In this document: in pieces, positions 61,057 through 64,000 of the stretch
Layout of the letters: each line of letters begins with the position of its first letter
Numbering within the stretch: position 1 is the stretch's first letter
Assembly: GCA_951406725.2 (NCBI GenBank)
Contig: OX597827.1
Location: 40,982,001-41,046,000, forward strand
Direction: 5' to 3'
Length of the DNA: 64,000 nt
Source: Octopus vulgaris
Lineage: Eukaryota
Translations under genes and position numbers: made by a program
Notes under the pieces: generated by a model
What the model was told of the DNA's origin: nothing
Database searches by the model: none
The model's input: the letters and a program-made list of their open reading frames with translations, nothing else

Positions 61057-61554
61057 TGTTGCGAAGACCAGTTGAGGCAAGTGAAATCGAAGTCGAAATC
61101 AAACTCGGTGACTGGCATCCATTGCTAGTGGAGCGCTAAAAGTACCATGCGAGTGAGATCATTGCCAGAGTAACAAGCTGGCCTTCGTGCCGATGGCACG
61201 TTTAAGCACACCATTCAAGCGTGATTGTTACTGCATCGCCTTACTAGTACTTGTGCTGGTGGCATGTGAAACATTCAAACGAGGTCGTCACCAGTGCCAC
61301 TGGACTGGCTCCTGTGCAGGTGGCACATAAAAAGCACCATTTTGGTGTGACCGTTGCCAGTACCACCAAACTGGCCCTCATGCCGGTGGCATGTAAAAGT
61401 ACCCCCTACACTCTCGGAGTGGTTAGCGTTAGGAAGGGCATCCAGCTGTAGAAACTCTGCAAGATCAGATTGGAGTCTGGTTCACCAGACCTCAGTCAAA
61501 TCATCCAACCCATGCTAGCATGGAAAGCGGACGTTAAATGATGATGATGATGAT
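61057..61554 (+). mobile_element. RTE 3' UTR fragment
   Basis: Matches 17102-17556 with diverged minisatellite units and (GAT)n. Confidence 0.85.
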
Positions 61555-61730
61555 AATATATGTGTGTGTGTGTTTGGAGGGACATATTATCCAGGCAGAT
61601 ACTGTATTGGCTCTCAGTTGAGGGCTTCTATTTGTTGCTAGTCACTCTGTGTATTCTTCCAATGGGTAATTCTGTGTACGCTTCGCTGGACAGTAAAAAT
61701 TGTCAGCAATATATATTATTATCAATAATA

Positions 61731-62377
61731 GAGAGTACGGAGACTTGTTCATCCACAAAATTGATTTTATAATTTTATACAGCATATTATAATAACCTGC
61801 TCATATTTCTGCTGCACCGACTACTCATGGTTGGAGATGCAGCCTTGCATTATTATCAGTGTAACTTCATTAGGGTCCATCTATTTTCTGAGAGAGGAGT
61901 AAATTTGGATCTTTTTGGTTTGAACGGCAGTTTTTAACATAAGTTCTAGGTAACTAAAAAATTTTAAACTTCGTATACTGGTAGAATGTGTTTATAAAAC
62001 ATCTTTTTCTTTTGGTTTTATTGAGAAAATTCTATAGTTTGTAAGATATTTGTTGTTTTTTTTCTTCAATTTCTGCAATTTCAACCAATCAATGACGTCT
62101 ATTGAGGTAAAAAAAAAACCATTCTGTGCCGTATGAATATGTCCCTCGTTTAAGAAACAGATTGGGTTTATTTACATTTCTGAAGAAAAAAAGATACCCC
62201 TAACTAACCCTAACCCTAAAACAGATTGAAATGCAATAGATCGATACTAGGGTCATAATTATGGGTGACAATTTCATATGACACCACTAGAAAAAACTGT
62301 CGTTCAAACTGAAAAGATCCGTAAATTTGTTAGTGGTATAAAATAAATTTGGTGGATGAACAAGTCTCCATACTCTC
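61731..62377. mobile_element. MITE with ~40-bp TIR and GAG termini (Sola-like), host of a nested MITE
   Basis: GAGAGTACGGAGACTTGTTCATCCAC / GTGGATGAACAAGTCTCCATACTCTC; superfamily assignment inferred from termini only. Confidence 0.7.
61907..62320 (+). mobile_element. Merlin-like MITE with 8-bp TSD
   Basis: TSD GTAAATTT at 61899-61906 and 62321-62328; near-identical to 36368-36777. Confidence 0.9.
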
Positions 62378-62605
62378 TATATATAAATATGTTGCAAGAG
62401 AGATAGAAAAAGAAATGGTTGTTGTGTACATGGGAAGCAAAAATTTTGGCAATAAATGTACGAGATAAATTATGTGCCAAAGTTACTTTATTTGTTTATT
62501 CTCGTTACTATTTCAGCATGTACTTTGAAGTCTATGTCTCACCCAGGTTGAATAAAGTCAAAATATGCCCACAGTTGTCATCCGTACTTGCCAGAAAGAC
62601 TTTAA

Positions 62606-62812
62606 CCCTTTAGCATTCAGATTATTCTGTCAAATGTAATAATTATTTATTCACATTGTTTTGAATTAATCATGCATTATCTTGTAGCTTTGAGTTTTCA
62701 ATGATGTGATTGTTTATTTTTAAAATGGCATTGTAGGGTAAGCGCGAGAGGCAGGATCTGGCCAGTTTGAACCTAGAACAAGTAGAATATTTGGGTCTGA
62801 TATAGCTGAAGG
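62606..62812 (+). mobile_element. piggyBac-like MITE, third copy of the 10042-10261 family
   Basis: TTAA at both ends; colinear with 10042-10261; right TIR partly deleted. Confidence 0.82.
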
Positions 62813-63229
62813 TTAAAAGTGTTATTAGTTGATGATGTGACAAATATTTTTTGTCACTGTATAATTATTACTGATTAGCTTTTTGATGTTCCTTACATAT
62901 TTAAATATGTCAGCACTAACTTACCAAAATATATATAACCTCACACGAAGGAAGTTTGTGCGTTATGATTTGTATTTAAAGTCCATGAAAAGGCACATGC
63001 ATGATTTGGACAGTAAACACCAAAAGTGAATGAAAATTGCGAGATCTGAAATCGCAGGTCTTAATCTAGGGGACATAACTCCATAATTATATATTTAACA
63101 ATTGTTCTTTAATATTGGGTTAAATGGTAGTTATACTACGGACATTATCCTGTTATCTCCCTTAACAACAGCAAATTCTATATATCTTCTGTTGCTAAGC
63201 ATAAAACTACTTCATATATCAGTCTCAAA

Positions 63230-63413
63230 CTTCTTTGAAATCCTTAGAATAGGGATTTTGATATCATATATATAAACAAAAACTATTTTAATTTTTTTAC
63301 AATTCCTAATAATATAATAGGATTTTTTAAACATCAAATGGTTAAGGGTCCATCCAAGTGAAACCGGAATTAAAAGGGTTCCATAGGAGTAAGAAAATGG
63401 TTAAGAACCACAG
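63230..63413 (+). mobile_element. hAT-like MITE right-end remnant
   Basis: ...AAAAGGGT(T)CCATAGG...AAAATGGTT(A/G)AGA also at 14525-14680. Confidence 0.5.
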
Positions 63414-63671
63414 GTCTACATAATCAGGGATCTCTTGAGGGCCAAACAACTACAACAACAATTTCAAACACAAGACAAATAGAACAAAAACAAAATTTTT
63501 AAAACAAAACAAGATACAATTTTTAGCATCCAATAAGCTTTGTTAAATAACAAGATGGCAGAATATTTTTTTTATTTATTTATGTTTACATTTTCGTAAA
63601 AAAAAACATTTAATTTTTACAATATTTTTAGTATAAATTATTGTTCTTTCTTTAAATTAAATTAAAATAAA

Positions 63672-63900
63672 TTAAATCGAGTTACTTTTATTGAAGTCCT
63701 TGACATTGGTATAAATTTGTATTGGTTGTGGAGTTTCAACATAAATTAAATTACCTTCAAGTAACAATTTATTTATATCACTTTTTATATTTTGCAGTTG
63801 GTGAGTCAACTTCATCATTGGTTTCTTAAAAACAAACACCGATTCACTGTAAATTGGATGGCAATTGTGTAACTTCATATGGAACAAATATTGCAAGGGA
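63672..63900 (-). CDS. Candidate terminal coding exon of an unidentified host gene
   Basis: Acceptor TCATTTCAAACAG (63901-63913, minus); 75 open codons PLQYLFHMK...KSNSI* in AT-rich non-repetitive DNA; AATAAA ~100 bp downstream. Confidence 0.4.
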
Positions 63901-64000
63901 CTGTTTGAAATGAATCAGTTTTCTCACTGATGTTAATATCCTTTGCCTCTGTGTGTTTGTATATATATATGTGTACATGAGTGTGTGTGTATATATATAT

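Overview
AT-rich, repeat-dominated animal genomic DNA. The repeat landscape (tRNA-derived SINEs with internal TA/CA tracts, RTE/CR1/R4-type LINEs, mariner, hAT, pogo, Helitron and MITE remnants, very long microsatellites) resembles an octopus or other coleoid cephalopod genome; this is inferred, not verified. No host protein-coding gene can be firmly called. The best candidate is a minus-strand terminal exon at 63672-63900. Almost all long ORFs in the track are either transposon-derived or microsatellite artefacts. Main elements: (1) a nearly intact, 5'-truncated CR1-group LINE (21174-24736; CCCH-finger ORF1, APE-RT ORF2 with one frameshift) inside a ~9.4 kb TA-based compound satellite; (2) a 5'-truncated RTE LINE with a PHD-like finger; (3) a minus-strand CR1/L2 RT fragment. 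Most notable observations: several minimal type-I hammerhead-ribozyme motifs of the Penelope-element kind; a LINE 3' stem-loop shared with the dominant SINE that shows compensatory base changes; a pri-miRNA-like hairpin at 33928-34008; a 26-nt U1 snRNA 5' fragment; a tandem plus fold-back duplication of a Helitron-related segment; several long palindromes; and an apparently CpG-retaining region (~31.3-37.2 kb) carrying E2F, CCAAT and X-box motifs. All calls were made by eye without database searches.
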